Shown: positions 1 through 12,733 of the stretch, in pieces | Layout of the letters: each line of letters begins with the position of its first letter | Numbering within the stretch: position 1 is the stretch's first letter | The notes under the pieces: model-generated | Seen by the model: the letters and a program-made list of their open reading frames with translations, nothing else | Databases searched by the model: none | What the model was told of the DNA's origin: nothing | Program-made: the position numbers and the translations under genes | Source of the DNA: an uncultured Bdellovibrionales bacterium | GTDB taxonomy: Bacteria > Bdellovibrionota_C > UBA2361 > J135 | Length of the DNA stretch: 63,502 nt | NCBI GenBank assembly: GCA_964523015.1 | Contig: CAZFXN010000011.1 | Coordinates: 1-63,502, forward strand | Reading direction: 5' to 3'

Positions 1-78
1 TAATATAGCTAAGTTTCCTTAAGCTACATTTATATAGATCACTTCCAATGATTACTATCGCCAAGCTTTCACTCAACC

Positions 79-99
79 TTAAGACCGATTTAGTCTTAA
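79..99. promoter_or_regulatory. Inverted repeat upstream of cheA (possible operator)
   Basis: TTAAGAC-N7-GTCTTAA, perfect 7-bp arms. Confidence 0.3.
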
Positions 100-116
100 A
101 ATTGCCGAAAACCGCA

Positions 117-144
117 TAAAGAAAATTCATAGCTAAGTCGATGA
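117..144 (+). promoter_or_regulatory. sigma28 (FliA)-like promoter of the che operon
   Basis: TAAA-N16-GTCGATGA vs consensus TAAA-N15/16-GCCGATAA. Confidence 0.55.
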
Positions 145-229
145 TTCAACATAGCTAAATCTTACTACACGGGGATGTCAAGTAGAGTCCTGAAATTACT
201 CATTTTCTTATCTGAGATAAAGTGAATCT

Positions 230-2869
230 ATGAGCAATGATTTAAAAAATATTCTTAAAGAGAAGATTAACGAGATATCATTAATTCTAGTCATGACTCC
301 TGATGGAGATGCTGTTGGTACAGGGATCCTTGTTGATCTATGTAACGATCTATCTGCTCTAGCAAGTGGAGATCCAGAATTTGAAAAAATATGTAAAGCG
401 GCTGTCTTTATAAACGAGAACAAAGATAGTCCGTCTTGCTATAAAAATATTCAGGATACAATTAACTGCTTTGTCAAATTTATTGAGGACACTGATGTCA
501 CCTTTCCTCATGAGAACAAAAACTCCTCCGCTATAAGGCAAGATTCTGATGAGGCAGAGGAAGACATAGATCAAGAATTTATAAAAGAATACATTGAGAC
601 TCATACCTTAATGCTAGAAGATTTTGAGGCATCCATTCTTGATTGCAAAAACGATCCAAGTAAATCCTATGAACTTGGCATCTCTGTTAAGCGATATCTA
701 CATAACTTAAAAGGTGATTCAGGTTCAGTTGGCTTAAGTGGCATTGGACACGCCTGCCATACCATTGAAGATATGTTGGTTAAAAATGAAGCGGCCACGA
801 TGATTCAACACCTACTTAATTTTAAGGAGTGGGTCATTGAGTGCATGAATGATTATGCAGCAGGCAGAAAACTATCTAAGGGCGCAAAGAAATTTTTAGC
901 AGAGGTTGCAGCTCTACCTCTTTATGAATCAGTTTATGAATCAGAAAATAGCAAAAAATCAGAGGTTGCGGCTTCAAAAGAACCACAGGTTGCTCCAATA
1001 AAGGAAGTTGAAAAATCTGAGGTAAAATCAGCTTCGGTGTCACCTTCAAAATCACCACTAGATAACACTCAAAAGGAATACTCTCTGTCAGGCGAGATGG
1101 ATATCTTAATGGAGTTCTCTATTGAAGCGGAAGAACATCTTGGAAATATGGAGTGCGTTGTCCTAGACTCTCAGGGAGAGTACACAAAAGACAATATCGA
1201 TACTATCTTTAGGTGTGTTCACTCACTTAAAGGGGGATCGGCCTATTTTACTCTTTTTGAGATGACAAAATGTTCTCACATCCTTGAGAACTATCTATCT
1301 GAAGTTAGAGATGGCAAACGGGTATTTGATCCAGTCCTTGGAGAGTTAGTTCTTATTTATATAGATCTTCAAAAGAATGTACTGAGTCGTGCTAAAAAAG
1401 CGGCCTCCTCGGATGGCAAGATGCAAACATCTCAAGATTCTATTGAGTTTCTAGTTAGTCTTGATCAGTACGGCCGAGGCGAAGCAGTTAAATCTAGCGA
1501 AGCAGTTACATCTAATAGTTCAAAAGCAACCTCAGAGCAAACTGCTTCTGAAACTGCAGCATTAAAGCAACTTGAAAACATGCTTACAGAACAAGCGGCA
1601 AAGAACTCTCTGCCAGCTGCTAAGGGTGATGGGAAAGAAGAAAAACTTGATATCAAAACCTTTGTAAAAGTTGAAACAGTGCGTCTTGATAATCTTATTG
1701 ATTCGATTGGAGAGATGACTATTTATACTTCAATGCTGATACGGCACTGTCGTGATCTCTTATCATCCAATCCTGAAGTTATGGATGCTACTCATAGAGT
1801 AGAAAAACTTGCTAGAGATCTGCAAGATGTTGGAATGTCGATGAGACTTGTGCCTATCAAAGGCCTATTTCAAAAAATGTCTCGCTTAGTTTGGGATACC
1901 AGTAAAAAGATCGGAAAAGATATAAATTTTATCATGGAGGGAGAAGACACCGAACTTGATCGAAACCTTATTGATAAACTTGCTGACCCTTTAATGCATA
2001 TGGTTCGAAATTCGATGGACCATGGAATTGAGTCCCCCGAAGACCGAATTGCTCAAGGCAAACCAAAAGCTGGCAAGGTTAGTCTATCGGCATATCACTC
2101 TGGTGGTAGTATTCATATTAAAATCTCAGATGATGGCAAAGGACTTGACCCTGAAAAGCTTCTAGCTAAAGCTCTTGAGAAAGGAGTTATCCAAGAGGGG
2201 CAAAAGCTATCTCAAACAGAGACTTTTCAACTCATCTTCGCCGCTGGATTCTCTACTGCTGCTGTAGTGACAGATCTTTCTGGTCGTGGTGTTGGCATGG
2301 ATGTAGTCAGAAGAAATGTAGAAAGTCTACGTGGCCGAATACATATTGAGTCAACAGTTGGTATTGGTTCAACATTCACGATTGAACTACCGCTTACCTT
2401 GGCAATCATAGATGGTATTCAAGTTGAGGTTGGCAGTGAGAATTTCTTAATCCCAAGCTTGTCTATTGTTGAATTTCTAAAACCAAAACCTGAGATGCTA
2501 TCAAATGCACTTGATAAGGGAGAGACTCTTCACTTTAGAGGCAAATACCTGCCTATATTTAGGTTAGGGGATCTCTATAATTTTGAACCGAGGTATCACG
2601 ATCCACTTCAGGCAACTATGATCATAGTTGAGTATAACCATGAACATATTGCTTTAATGGTGGATGAGATTTTAGGTGAGTGCTCAACAGTGATTAAGAG
2701 TTTGGGTTCGCTTTTTGAAGAGGGCAAAGGAATAGCTGGGTGCGCAATCATGCCAAGAGGTAATGTTGCATTAATTCTTGATATCATTTCATTAGTTCAA
2801 TTGGCTAGAGCAAGCTATAGAGTCAGGCCAAGTACTCCGAAATATGTTGAGGCTCAGGTATTGCATTAA
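230..2869 (+). CDS. cheA: Chemotaxis histidine kinase CheA with two HPt domains
   Basis: HPt motifs YLHNLKGDSG and CVHSLKGGS; HMVRNSMDHGIE, DDGKGLD, GFST, SGRGVGMDVV; C-terminal CheW-like domain. Confidence 0.97.
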   Translation: MSNDLKNILKEKINEISLILVMTPDGDAVGTGILVDLCNDLSALASGDPEFEKICKAAVFINENKDSPSCYKNIQDTINCFVKFIEDTDVTFPHENKNSSAIRQDSDEAEEDIDQEFIKEYIETHTLMLEDFEASILDCKNDPSKSYELGISVKRYLHNLKGDSGSVGLSGIGHACHTIEDMLVKNEAATMIQHLLNFKEWVIECMNDYAAGRKLSKGAKKFLAEVAALPLYESVYESENSKKSEVAASKEPQVAPIKEVEKSEVKSASVSPSKSPLDNTQKEYSLSGEMDILMEFSIEAEEHLGNMECVVLDSQGEYTKDNIDTIFRCVHSLKGGSAYFTLFEMTKCSHILENYLSEVRDGKRVFDPVLGELVLIYIDLQKNVLSRAKKAASSDGKMQTSQDSIEFLVSLDQYGRGEAVKSSEAVTSNSSKATSEQTASETAALKQLENMLTEQAAKNSLPAAKGDGKEEKLDIKTFVKVETVRLDNLIDSIGEMTIYTSMLIRHCRDLLSSNPEVMDATHRVEKLARDLQDVGMSMRLVPIKGLFQKMSRLVWDTSKKIGKDINFIMEGEDTELDRNLIDKLADPLMHMVRNSMDHGIESPEDRIAQGKPKAGKVSLSAYHSGGSIHIKISDDGKGLDPEKLLAKALEKGVIQEGQKLSQTETFQLIFAAGFSTAAVVTDLSGRGVGMDVVRRNVESLRGRIHIESTVGIGSTFTIELPLTLAIIDGIQVEVGSENFLIPSLSIVEFLKPKPEMLSNALDKGETLHFRGKYLPIFRLGDLYNFEPRYHDPLQATMIIVEYNHEHIALMVDEILGECSTVIKSLGSLFEEGKGIAGCAIMPRGNVALILDIISLVQLARASYRVRPSTPKYVEAQVLH

Positions 2870-2910
2870 CATTGCTCTACTAGAGAGTTTTAAGGAAAGG
2901 TTTTCGCTAA

Positions 2911-3717
2911 ATGGATAAACAAACATTTGAGAAGCTTAGGGATATTATCTATAAAGAGAGTGGCATCGTATTGCCTCCTCAGAAACTTCCCTTGCTTACT
3001 AACCGAATCCAGAAAAGACTCCGAGCTTTAAAGATAAAGAGCGAGACAGAGTATCTACAGATGATAGAGCTAGATGTCTCTGGAGAAGAGCTAGTCAATC
3101 TAATTGATGCTATCTCAACAAATGTTACTTATTTCTATAGGGAACCAGATCATTTTGAGCTGTATCGTGAGATACTAAGTGGCTGGGGTCCAAAAAAGAA
3201 GAGTGCTATCAAGGTATGGTGCGCTGCTGCCTCGACTGGGGAGGAGCCTTACACCCTCGCTTTTGAAGCATCTGAAACTTTAGATCTTAACAGACAAAAG
3301 ATTAGGATCCTTTCAACTGATATTTGCTCCAGAGTTCTAAAAATTGCTCTTGAGGGGGTATATTCACCAAGTAGTGTTGAAAAAATGCCTCCTGTTATTC
3401 GAAATAAATACCTTGAGAAGCTCTCCATTGACGGACAGCACCATTGGAAAGTTAAACAATCTGCTATGGATCTTGTTCTTTTTAGAATGTTTAACCTAGT
3501 TCAATTTCCTTATAAGCTAAAAGGGCCTGTGGATATAATTTTCTGTAGAAATGTAATGATCTATTTTGATACTCCTACTCGCGATAAGATTATTAAAGAG
3601 TTTTCAAGGCTTTTGGCACCGGGTGGTTATTTATTTTTAAGCCATTCTGAGAATCTAATTGGAATCGATCATGATCTTATAAAGGTTAACCCTTCAGTCT
3701 TTAAAAAGGAGGGCTAA
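2911..3717 (+). CDS. cheR: Chemotaxis methyltransferase CheR
   Basis: TNVTYFYREPDHF, WCAAASTGEEPYT, IFCRNVMIYFD. Confidence 0.97.
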   Translation: MDKQTFEKLRDIIYKESGIVLPPQKLPLLTNRIQKRLRALKIKSETEYLQMIELDVSGEELVNLIDAISTNVTYFYREPDHFELYREILSGWGPKKKSAIKVWCAAASTGEEPYTLAFEASETLDLNRQKIRILSTDICSRVLKIALEGVYSPSSVEKMPPVIRNKYLEKLSIDGQHHWKVKQSAMDLVLFRMFNLVQFPYKLKGPVDIIFCRNVMIYFDTPTRDKIIKEFSRLLAPGGYLFLSHSENLIGIDHDLIKVNPSVFKKEG

Positions 3718-4205
3718 TGGGTTTACCTAATCAACATCTAGTCGGGATTGCCCAAGTCAAAATTAGTGATAACCCTGCCGATATTATAGTAGCTCCGAAT
3801 CTTGGATCATGTCTTGGTATGGCGATCTACGATCCTGTGCTAAAGAAAGGGGGACTGGCCCACTGTCTTTTGCCTCTTTCTAAATCTGACCCTGAAAAAG
3901 CAGCAAACAATCCATATATGTTTGTTGATACAGGATTTACAAAATTACTTGAAACGTTACTTGCATCTGGCTGTGATATAAAACGACTAGTGATCGTTGC
4001 AGTTGGTGGGGCGAATATTAACGACCAGACAAATGTATTTGAGATTGGCAAGAGAAATTTTACCGTACTAAAAAAATTACTTTGGAAAAACAACCTTCTG
4101 TTAAAAGGTGAGCATGTTGGCGACACTGTAAGTCGCACACTTAGCCTACATATAGCAGATGGTAAAAGTATCCTTAAAGTACGTGGTGAAACGATAGAAT
4201 TATGA
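3717..4205 (+). CDS. cheD: Chemoreceptor glutamine deamidase CheD
   Basis: LGSCLG, GGLAHCLLP, GGAN, IGKRN motifs. Confidence 0.95.
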   Translation: MGLPNQHLVGIAQVKISDNPADIIVAPNLGSCLGMAIYDPVLKKGGLAHCLLPLSKSDPEKAANNPYMFVDTGFTKLLETLLASGCDIKRLVIVAVGGANINDQTNVFEIGKRNFTVLKKLLWKNNLLLKGEHVGDTVSRTLSLHIADGKSILKVRGETIEL

Positions 4206-4230
4206 AATGAGTAAGTAAGGGAGCTTAATT

Positions 4231-4612
4231 ATGGCCTACAATATATTAATAGTTGATGACTCTTCGATAGTCAGAAAGGTTTTAATAAAAACCTTTGGAA
4301 TGACTGATATTAAGGTCAATAATTTTTACCAAGCTGAGAACGGTAAGGTAGGTCTTGATCTACTTCACTCCAACTGGGTAGATCTAGTGTTTTTAGATAT
4401 CAACATGCCAGTCATGAATGGCATGGAGTTTATGAAAAATCTTCGAAATGATCCTACGTATAAAGAAACCCCTGTTATCGTCGTTTCAACTGAAGGAAGT
4501 CAGGAAAGACGCGATGAGCTTTTAAGCGCAGGTATTAAGGCCTATTTAAGAAAACCTGTAACCCCAAAAAGTTTAGTCGAAGCCATCACTCAAATTTTGG
4601 GAGAATCTAAAA

Positions 4613-4620
<8 letters not shown>
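4231..4620 (+). CDS. cheY: CheY-like response regulator
   Basis: Single REC domain: ILIVDDS, FLDINMPVMNG, YLRKP. Confidence 0.9.
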
Positions 4621-6126
<1,506 letters not shown>

Positions 6127-6175
6127 GAGAATTTTTTATTTTTTAGGAGAGGGAAAACCAGCTAAAGAAATCGGC

Positions 6176-6203
6176 TAAAGAAAAAGAAATTTAGGGCCGA
6201 ATA
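6176..6203 (+). promoter_or_regulatory. sigma28-like promoter of the MCP gene
   Basis: TAAA-N16-GCCGAATA. Confidence 0.65.
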
Positions 6204-6318
6204 TAGAAACTGACTATCTGTAAGGGCATAGTCTTAAGAGCTGCCCTAACTAGGCAGAACAGCACTTTGTACATACAAAAATTTTAAAGTTTTTTACATA
6301 ACGGGGAGTTGAAATAAA

Positions 6319-7956
6319 ATGAAGGCATCATTAAGAATGAAAATCCTAGCAGTGCCAATAATATTGTCACTAAGCTTGGCATTTAATGGTTGGTTAGGTG
6401 TAGGTGGGCTTGAAAAATTAAATTCTACTATGGATAAGATCCTTAATCATGATATGTATGCCGCTAAGATGAGTAGTGATGCTGGATTTAATTTAACTAA
6501 TTATTCCCGATATCTCTTAGCCTATATGGCTTCAAGCATTGAAGCCGATCAGCAATACGCAGAAAAAAAGCTTCATGAGTATGAAAATGAGACAATATCT
6601 ATCTTTAAAGAACTCTCAACATCAAAGGCTTTAGGTGCCTCTGAGAATAAAGTATTTGTAACTGCTCTCTCAGATTTTGAAGTAATTAAACACGAGTCAA
6701 ATGAGGTCTTAAGATTATCAACTGCTCATCAAGATGCAGAAGCAAAAAACTATTATACTAGTAATATGAGCGGAAAAATCGATAACCTTGCAACTATGTT
6801 AGAAGATTACGCAGATCAACAATCAGTCGTTGCCAATGAATCAGTTAAAGCTGGGACAGAGACTTATAACATTATCAAGATGGAAACAATCGGGATCGTT
6901 GCAGGCAACATACTTCTTGGATTATTTTTAACTTGGTGGATTACTCATGTTACAGTGAAGCCGATCTCTATGTCTTTAACTGAGATGGAACAGGGATCCG
7001 CTCAGGTAACTTCTGCTTCAAACCAGATTGCTGCTACTGGGCAAACTTTGGCTCAAGGATCTACTGAGCAGGCTGCTGCATTAGAAGAGACTTCTGCTAC
7101 ATTGCAAGAGATTATGACCTCTTCAAAGAGAAATACTGAGAATACTACAGTTGCTGAAGGATTGGCCACGGAGGTTGATGAAGCAGCTGATGAGGGCAAA
7201 ATTCTTATGGGCAGCCTTGTAAAAGCGATTGGGGATATCAACGCTAACTCAGCTCAGAGTGCTCAGATAGTAAAGGTAATTGAAGAGATCGCATTTCAAA
7301 CAAATCTTTTAGCTCTTAATGCCGCTGTAGAGGCCGCTAGAGCTGGAGATGCTGGAAAAGGATTCGCGGTTGTAGCTGAAGAGGTTAGAAACTTGGCTCA
7401 TCGCAGTGCTCAGGCAGCTAAGGAAACTGGAGATAGAATCAAGCAATCTGTTGATTTATCAACCAATGCGGTAACTGTGACAACAAATACTGCAAAATCT
7501 CTTGAAACAATTAAAGAGCGTGCTGATAAGACCGGTCAATTGATCCGTGAGATTGCCCAAGCAACTCGGGAGCAAACTGAAGGTATCACTCAGATCAACA
7601 TAGCTATGGATCAGTTAAACTCTGTAACTCAGAGTAACGCTGCTGCCGCAGAGGAATCTGCTGCCGCTAGTGAGGAGTTACTTGCACAGGCTCGTGCACT
7701 GACCGGAAGTGTTCAGGATGTTTCTGGTATAATTTACGGTGGTTCCAGTAGCTATGCTAGAGGATCAGTTACTCGCACAAGCAGCCCAGCAAGGAGAAAT
7801 TCCTCAAACGGACAAACCTACTCAGTGTCCTCCCGAAGAGTAACGAGACCTTCTGCTAAGTCACCAGCTCCATCAGCTAGACCATGTAGCTCAAATGATA
7901 GTTCAAAGGAGTTAATTCCACTTGATGAGAATGACTTAGCTGATTTTACACACTAA
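6319..7956 (+). CDS. Methyl-accepting chemotaxis protein (2 TM, four-helix-bundle sensor)
   Basis: [37 protein letters not shown] signalling hairpin. Confidence 0.96.
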   Translation: MKASLRMKILAVPIILSLSLAFNGWLGVGGLEKLNSTMDKILNHDMYAAKMSSDAGFNLTNYSRYLLAYMASSIEADQQYAEKKLHEYENETISIFKELSTSKALGASENKVFVTALSDFEVIKHESNEVLRLSTAHQDAEAKNYYTSNMSGKIDNLATMLEDYADQQSVVANESVKAGTETYNIIKMETIGIVAGNILLGLFLTWWITHVTVKPISMSLTEMEQGSAQVTSASNQIAATGQTLAQGSTEQAAALEETSATLQEIMTSSKRNTENTTVAEGLATEVDEAADEGKILMGSLVKAIGDINANSAQSAQIVKVIEEIAFQTNLLALNAAVEAARAGDAGKGFAVVAEEVRNLAHRSAQAAKETGDRIKQSVDLSTNAVTVTTNTAKSLETIKERADKTGQLIREIAQATREQTEGITQINIAMDQLNSVTQSNAAAAEESAAASEELLAQARALTGSVQDVSGIIYGGSSSYARGSVTRTSSPARRNSSNGQTYSVSSRRVTRPSAKSPAPSARPCSSNDSSKELIPLDENDLADFTH

Positions 7957-7964
7957 ATAAAGTG

Positions 7965-8002
7965 GAAAGAGAGGCGTAGTTTAATCTCTACGCCTCTCTT
8001 TC
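7965..8002 (+). terminator. Hairpin after the MCP gene (probable intrinsic terminator)
   Basis: 15-bp perfect stem GAAAGAGAGGCGTAG / CTACGCCTCTCTTTC with 8-nt loop. Confidence 0.75.
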
Positions 8003-8096
8003 ATAAACCTCTAATTAGAATCCAGTGGTTTAAGTTAGCTCTAGAAAATTTACAGAAAGGCTTACGGTAGAGAAAACTTTAGAAGCAAGGAACCAG

Positions 8097-9032
8097 ATGA
8101 TCAACTCACAAAACGGTAAAGGAATCCTACTTGAAGTCGGCACCAACGAAGTAGAGTTTCTAGTATTTCAAATAACAACTCAGAGTTATGGTATAAATGT
8201 CGCAAAAATTTCACAGATCATAATCTTTGATCCAACCAAAGTTGTAAGCGTGCCTTATCAACCAAATGGAGTCCTTGGCGTATTTGATCATAGAGGTGAA
8301 ACAATTTCAATAGTAGATCTAAAAACAAACTTATGCATTCCTGGCGAAAGCATAAACATTAAAACTCATCAATTACTGCTAATCACAGAGTTTAATAAAA
8401 GAAAAACAGCATTTTTAGTTGATGCGGTAGATAGAATTGAGCGTTGTAGCTGGGAGCTCTTTCACCCAATAGAAGAGTCGATGGGAAACACCTCTGACTC
8501 AAGCGTTGTTGGAACAGTGACTCTCAAAGATACTATAATGATCCTATTAGATGTTGAATCAATCATGGGTAAGATTGATCCATCAATGAGTATTGAGCAC
8601 TACCAAAATAAGATTAATACTAAGGTTAGCGGTAGCCGAGCGGAGGTATCAATTGTCTACTGTGAAGATTCCCCACTTCTAAGAAAAATTTTACGTCAAA
8701 CGTTAGAGAAGGTGGGATTTAAAAATTTTCATATCTTCCCAACCGGTGTTGAGGGATTGGAATACATTAAGAGTCAGCCTCCTGGTTCTATCGATCTTAT
8801 TGTAAGTGATATTGAGATGCCACAGATGGACGGGCTCTCTTTATGTAAACATGTTCGTGCACTAGAGCACGACAAAACAACACCGTTTCTATTTTTTTCC
8901 TCCATGATTAACGAACAGATGGCTGCCAAGTGTAAAGCAGTTGGAGGAAATGCTTACTTCTCTAAGCCAGAGATTCATAAACTTGTTGCTGAGATAGATA
9001 AGCTACTAAACTTGATCCCTCATAATGTATAA
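8097..9032 (+). CDS. cheV: Chemotaxis protein CheV (CheW + REC)
   Basis: ILLEVGTNEVEFL, YGINVAKI, then a REC domain (CEDS, SDIEMPQMDG, SKP). Confidence 0.93.
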   Translation: MINSQNGKGILLEVGTNEVEFLVFQITTQSYGINVAKISQIIIFDPTKVVSVPYQPNGVLGVFDHRGETISIVDLKTNLCIPGESINIKTHQLLLITEFNKRKTAFLVDAVDRIERCSWELFHPIEESMGNTSDSSVVGTVTLKDTIMILLDVESIMGKIDPSMSIEHYQNKINTKVSGSRAEVSIVYCEDSPLLRKILRQTLEKVGFKNFHIFPTGVEGLEYIKSQPPGSIDLIVSDIEMPQMDGLSLCKHVRALEHDKTTPFLFFSSMINEQMAAKCKAVGGNAYFSKPEIHKLVAEIDKLLNLIPHNV

Positions 9033-9124
9033 ATCATTAGTACTAGGGTTGCTACAGCCATATTGCTAAAGATGATTTATTGCGTAATATTAAATTTATT
9101 CTCTGAGTTTAGCTGTAATATAGT

Positions 9125-9152
9125 TCAATATTCTAGCCTCAAGGACCGATAC
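9125..9152 (+). promoter_or_regulatory. sigma28-like promoter of cheX
   Basis: TCAA-N16-ACCGATAC. Confidence 0.5.
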
Positions 9153-9221
9153 TCTAATTAGGATATTCCGAGATTATTAAACTGATTATTAATTTTTTTA
9201 TTATTTATACTGAGTAATGAC

Positions 9222-9689
9222 ATGAATGTTGAACTCATAAATCCCTTTATCGCTGCCACCGTTAACGTTCTTAAGACCATGGCCCGTACCGACCCTAAGC
9301 ATGGCACGCCAAGTATTAAGCAAGGAAGTAAAACCTGGGGTGATGTTACTGGGCTTATAGGTATGGCAGGGGATGGAGTCTGCGGAAGTTTAATCATTAG
9401 CTTTGATGAACCATGCATTTTAAAGATCGTTAGCAATATGTTGATGGAAGATTTTAAAGAGATCAATAACGACGTCCTTGATGCGGTTGGTGAGATAACC
9501 AATATGATCTCTGGTGGAACTAAATCTGCACTTAGCGAGAAAGGTTATAATTTTAATATGGCCACGCCGATGATGATTACCGGGAAAAATATCTCTTTAT
9601 CACAACTTTCAAAGACTCCAGTTATTACTGTTCCATTTACAACTGAAGCTGGGCAGTTTGTGGTGGAAGCTCATATTTCAAAAGCTTAA
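9222..9689 (+). CDS. cheX: CheY-P phosphatase CheX
   Basis: INPFI, GDVTGLIGMAG, DAVGEITNMISG. Confidence 0.92.
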   Translation: MNVELINPFIAATVNVLKTMARTDPKHGTPSIKQGSKTWGDVTGLIGMAGDGVCGSLIISFDEPCILKIVSNMLMEDFKEINNDVLDAVGEITNMISGGTKSALSEKGYNFNMATPMMITGKNISLSQLSKTPVITVPFTTEAGQFVVEAHISKA

Positions 9690-9886
9690 ACTTTATCTAC
9701 GTATTATCAGGATAATCCCTTAAATGAGCATATCTGCTCTATACAAGGCAACTTCCTATAATTACCTATAATCACACTGCATTTTAAATTTGATTATGTG
9801 ATTTTTTGTTTATAAATTTCTAAATACCTGTCGATAGTATTTAAATCTGGGGAAGTTTAAGTTTTTCAAATTGTGTGAGGTTATTC

Positions 9887-10306
9887 ATGGGCGCTTTAGA
9901 TAATGTTGATAAAAAAATGAGCATATTGGTTGTTGATGATTTTGCGACCATGAGACGAATTATTAGAGGAGTCTTAAAGCAATTGGGATTTACCAATATT
10001 GAAGAGGCTGAAGACGGAGCCGTAGCCCTTTCAAAACTTAAGAAAGGTGAGTTTAAATTTATAATATCTGATTGGAATATGCCTAATATGCAAGGCATTG
10101 ATCTACTTAAAGCGGTGAGAGCAGATGAGAAATTGAAAGCGCTGCCATTTTTGATGGTGACTGCAGAAGCCAAAAAAGAAGAGGTTATCGCTGCAGTACA
10201 AGCTGGTGTTTCAAACTACGTCATTAAGCCTTTTACTCCTGATGCTTTAGAGAGTAAAATCACTGATATCTTTGCTAAGCAGCAGGCAGCAACTCCGCCG
10301 TCTTAA
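9887..10306 (+). CDS. cheY: Chemotaxis response regulator CheY
   Basis: [32 protein letters not shown]; start moved to ATG 9887 after a GAGG RBS. Confidence 0.93.
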   Translation: MGALDNVDKKMSILVVDDFATMRRIIRGVLKQLGFTNIEEAEDGAVALSKLKKGEFKFIISDWNMPNMQGIDLLKAVRADEKLKALPFLMVTAEAKKEEVIAAVQAGVSNYVIKPFTPDALESKITDIFAKQQAATPPS

Positions 10307-10331
10307 AATAATTTAGTGGCAAATCCGATAA
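10304..10331 (+). promoter_or_regulatory. sigma28-like promoter upstream of murJ-fliH-fliI
   Basis: TAAA-N16-TCCGATAA (7/8 match to GCCGATAA). Confidence 0.55.
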
Positions 10332-10404
10332 CATCGCTGAGTATCTCGTTGCCAAGGAGAGGTTTTCTAGCTAGCTTTAGGTAATCGCCTGTAAGCTAAT
10401 TAAA

Positions 10405-12054
10405 GTGAAAAATTCTCAACATAATAATGCTAAAAAATCCCCTGGTTTAATTAGGGGCACTGCAATTGTAAGTTTTTTTACCCTTATAAGTAGAGTCTTA
10501 GGATTTATACGAGATCTCCTGTTTGCCCGACTCTTTGGAGCAGGGCTTGTTGCCGATGCTTTCTTTGTAGCCTTTCGCATACCTAATCTTCTTAGAAGTA
10601 TCATGGCTGAGGGAGCACTGACATCTGGTTTTGTTCCTGTATTCTCTGATGAGTTAAGGCGAGGACATAAGGAAGCTCAAAGTGCAATTACCTCCGTTAC
10701 AAGTCTCTTAGTTTTTGCATCTGTTATTCTTTCTTTATTAGGAATTCTTTACAGCAAAGAGATTACTACTTTGTTTGCCCCTGGTTTTTTAAGAGATCCA
10801 GAGAAATTTTTATTAGCCTCTGAACTTCTACAGATAATGTTCCCCTATGTTATATTTGTAAGTTTAGTAGCCATGCTTGGAGGAGCATTAAACTCTGTTC
10901 AGATCTTTGGTACTGCTGCGATGGCTCAGGTTATAATGAACGTTGTCTTTATCATTGGAATACTCATTGCAATGCAGAGAGCCACCATCGCACCGTATAT
11001 TATCGCTTGGACTGTGCTTGTTGGGGGGATAGCCCAAGTACTTTATCAACTACCTGCTTTGAAAAAAGCTGGCTTTGTCCTGTCAATTACCTTTAAATTT
11101 TTGACTCCAGCAACAAAGAAAGTACTCTTATTAATGCTACCGGCTATCTTTGGTGCAGCGGTTTATCAGGTATCTATCTTTTTTAACACAATCTTTGCTT
11201 CATTTCTGATTGAGGGAAGTGTTTCCTGGCTTTTCTATGCTGACAGAATCTCTCAATTTCCGATTGGAATATATTCAATAGCACTAGCATCAGTTTTACT
11301 CCCTGCCCTCTCACATGCCCAAAGTGATAATGATCAAAAACTTTTCTCTACCAATTTATATAACTCTCTTCGTTATACCTCTTTTTTAATGATCCCTATA
11401 TCCGCCGCAATTATTCTTTTGGCTGAACCTATTATTAGTCTTCTATTTGAGCGTGGAGAATTTACAAGGGTAGCTACAATCAATACTGCTCAAGCTCTTA
11501 CAGCATATGCTTTTGGATTATGGGGAATAAGTTGCCATACTATGGTAGTTCGATCTTTTATTGCTAAAAAAGATACGGTCACTCCTACTCTCATAGGAAT
11601 CTTAATGCTGACGATTAACCTGCTTTTTTCGATCATACTAATCGGACCAGTTAATAATTTTGAAGGTAGTTTTTTTGGTGGATTAATCGTATCAGCAAGA
11701 GAGTTAGTTGGTTTGGTATTCCCACTTTATTCTTTTGGGCATGTAGGATTAGCCCTAGCTTCCTCAATCTCAGGAACCATTGGATTTATCTTAATTAGTT
11801 TTATCTTTTCCAAAGGGAAAACTCAGTTATTATGGTTAAAATTCTCAATAGGTACATTTAAGAACATCCTAGCTGCGCTCTCCGCCTACTCTGTGGCTTT
11901 AACAGTAATTCAAGGCCTCTCCCCTCTTTGGGCTGTATTAATAGGAGGAGCCGCTGGACTTATGACTTTTATAGCGGCTGGATTAATTTTAAAAATAGTA
12001 GAAATTCAGGAAACTTTTCAGATTTTAAAGCGAATACATAAGTGGAAAGGCTAA
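10405..12054 (+). CDS. murJ: Lipid II flippase MurJ (MviN)
   Basis: SRVLGFIRD, AFRIPNLLR, AEGAL, YADRISQFPIG; many TM helices. Confidence 0.95.
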   Translation: MKNSQHNNAKKSPGLIRGTAIVSFFTLISRVLGFIRDLLFARLFGAGLVADAFFVAFRIPNLLRSIMAEGALTSGFVPVFSDELRRGHKEAQSAITSVTSLLVFASVILSLLGILYSKEITTLFAPGFLRDPEKFLLASELLQIMFPYVIFVSLVAMLGGALNSVQIFGTAAMAQVIMNVVFIIGILIAMQRATIAPYIIAWTVLVGGIAQVLYQLPALKKAGFVLSITFKFLTPATKKVLLLMLPAIFGAAVYQVSIFFNTIFASFLIEGSVSWLFYADRISQFPIGIYSIALASVLLPALSHAQSDNDQKLFSTNLYNSLRYTSFLMIPISAAIILLAEPIISLLFERGEFTRVATINTAQALTAYAFGLWGISCHTMVVRSFIAKKDTVTPTLIGILMLTINLLFSIILIGPVNNFEGSFFGGLIVSARELVGLVFPLYSFGHVGLALASSISGTIGFILISFIFSKGKTQLLWLKFSIGTFKNILAALSAYSVALTVIQGLSPLWAVLIGGAAGLMTFIAAGLILKIVEIQETFQILKRIHKWKG

Positions 12055-12085
12055 ATCGTTTAAGCCTAGTTTCTATTCGCTTTAA

Positions 12086-12733
12086 ATGACTATAACAAAG
12101 ACTAATACCGCGATAAAAGCGTCTCTAGATTACAACACCTCCCAAATTGCAGGAGATGCACTTTATTTTGAGCTCAAAAAATTAAAAGATTCTTCAGTCA
12201 TACTCAGGCAGCAGGTTCGGAAACAAGCTGCAAATGATCTCTGGTCACTTAGAAAAAGGTTGATTAAACGATCGCAGGAATTAAGCGTTAGGGAGATAAA
12301 AAAGTGGGAGTTAAATAATCTAACCTCACTGCATCAAAAATATAAAGCAAGCCTAATGGCCTCAAGCAGTGATTGCCTTAATCTAGTAAAAAAAATAGCT
12401 CAAACAATTATTGGAGAACATTTTAATTTCGATAACACTTCTTTAGGAAAGAAGATCTCAGCAGCGATCAACAGATTGGCAAATTCAAAGAATATCTTAG
12501 TTTACGTTAACCCTAGTGATATCAAAGATCTATATAATAGATTATCAGAGCTTCATCCAGAAAATCATATAGATCTAAAAATATCTAAAGAGATCCCTTT
12601 AGGAGAGGCTCAAATTGTTTCTGCCTCTGGAAGTGTAGAGATCTCCTGGCAAAAGCACTTAGATATTCTCGTTGAAAGCCTCCAACATAAAGTTACTCTT
12701 TCTAAAGAAGGTGGATATGAACAACCTAGCTAG
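12086..12733 (+). CDS. FliH/SctL-like type III export ATPase regulator
   Basis: C-terminal VYVNPSD...IPLGEAQIVSASGSVE resembles FliH; overlaps fliI. Confidence 0.7.
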   Translation: MTITKTNTAIKASLDYNTSQIAGDALYFELKKLKDSSVILRQQVRKQAANDLWSLRKRLIKRSQELSVREIKKWELNNLTSLHQKYKASLMASSSDCLNLVKKIAQTIIGEHFNFDNTSLGKKISAAINRLANSKNILVYVNPSDIKDLYNRLSELHPENHIDLKISKEIPLGEAQIVSASGSVEISWQKHLDILVESLQHKVTLSKEGGYEQPS

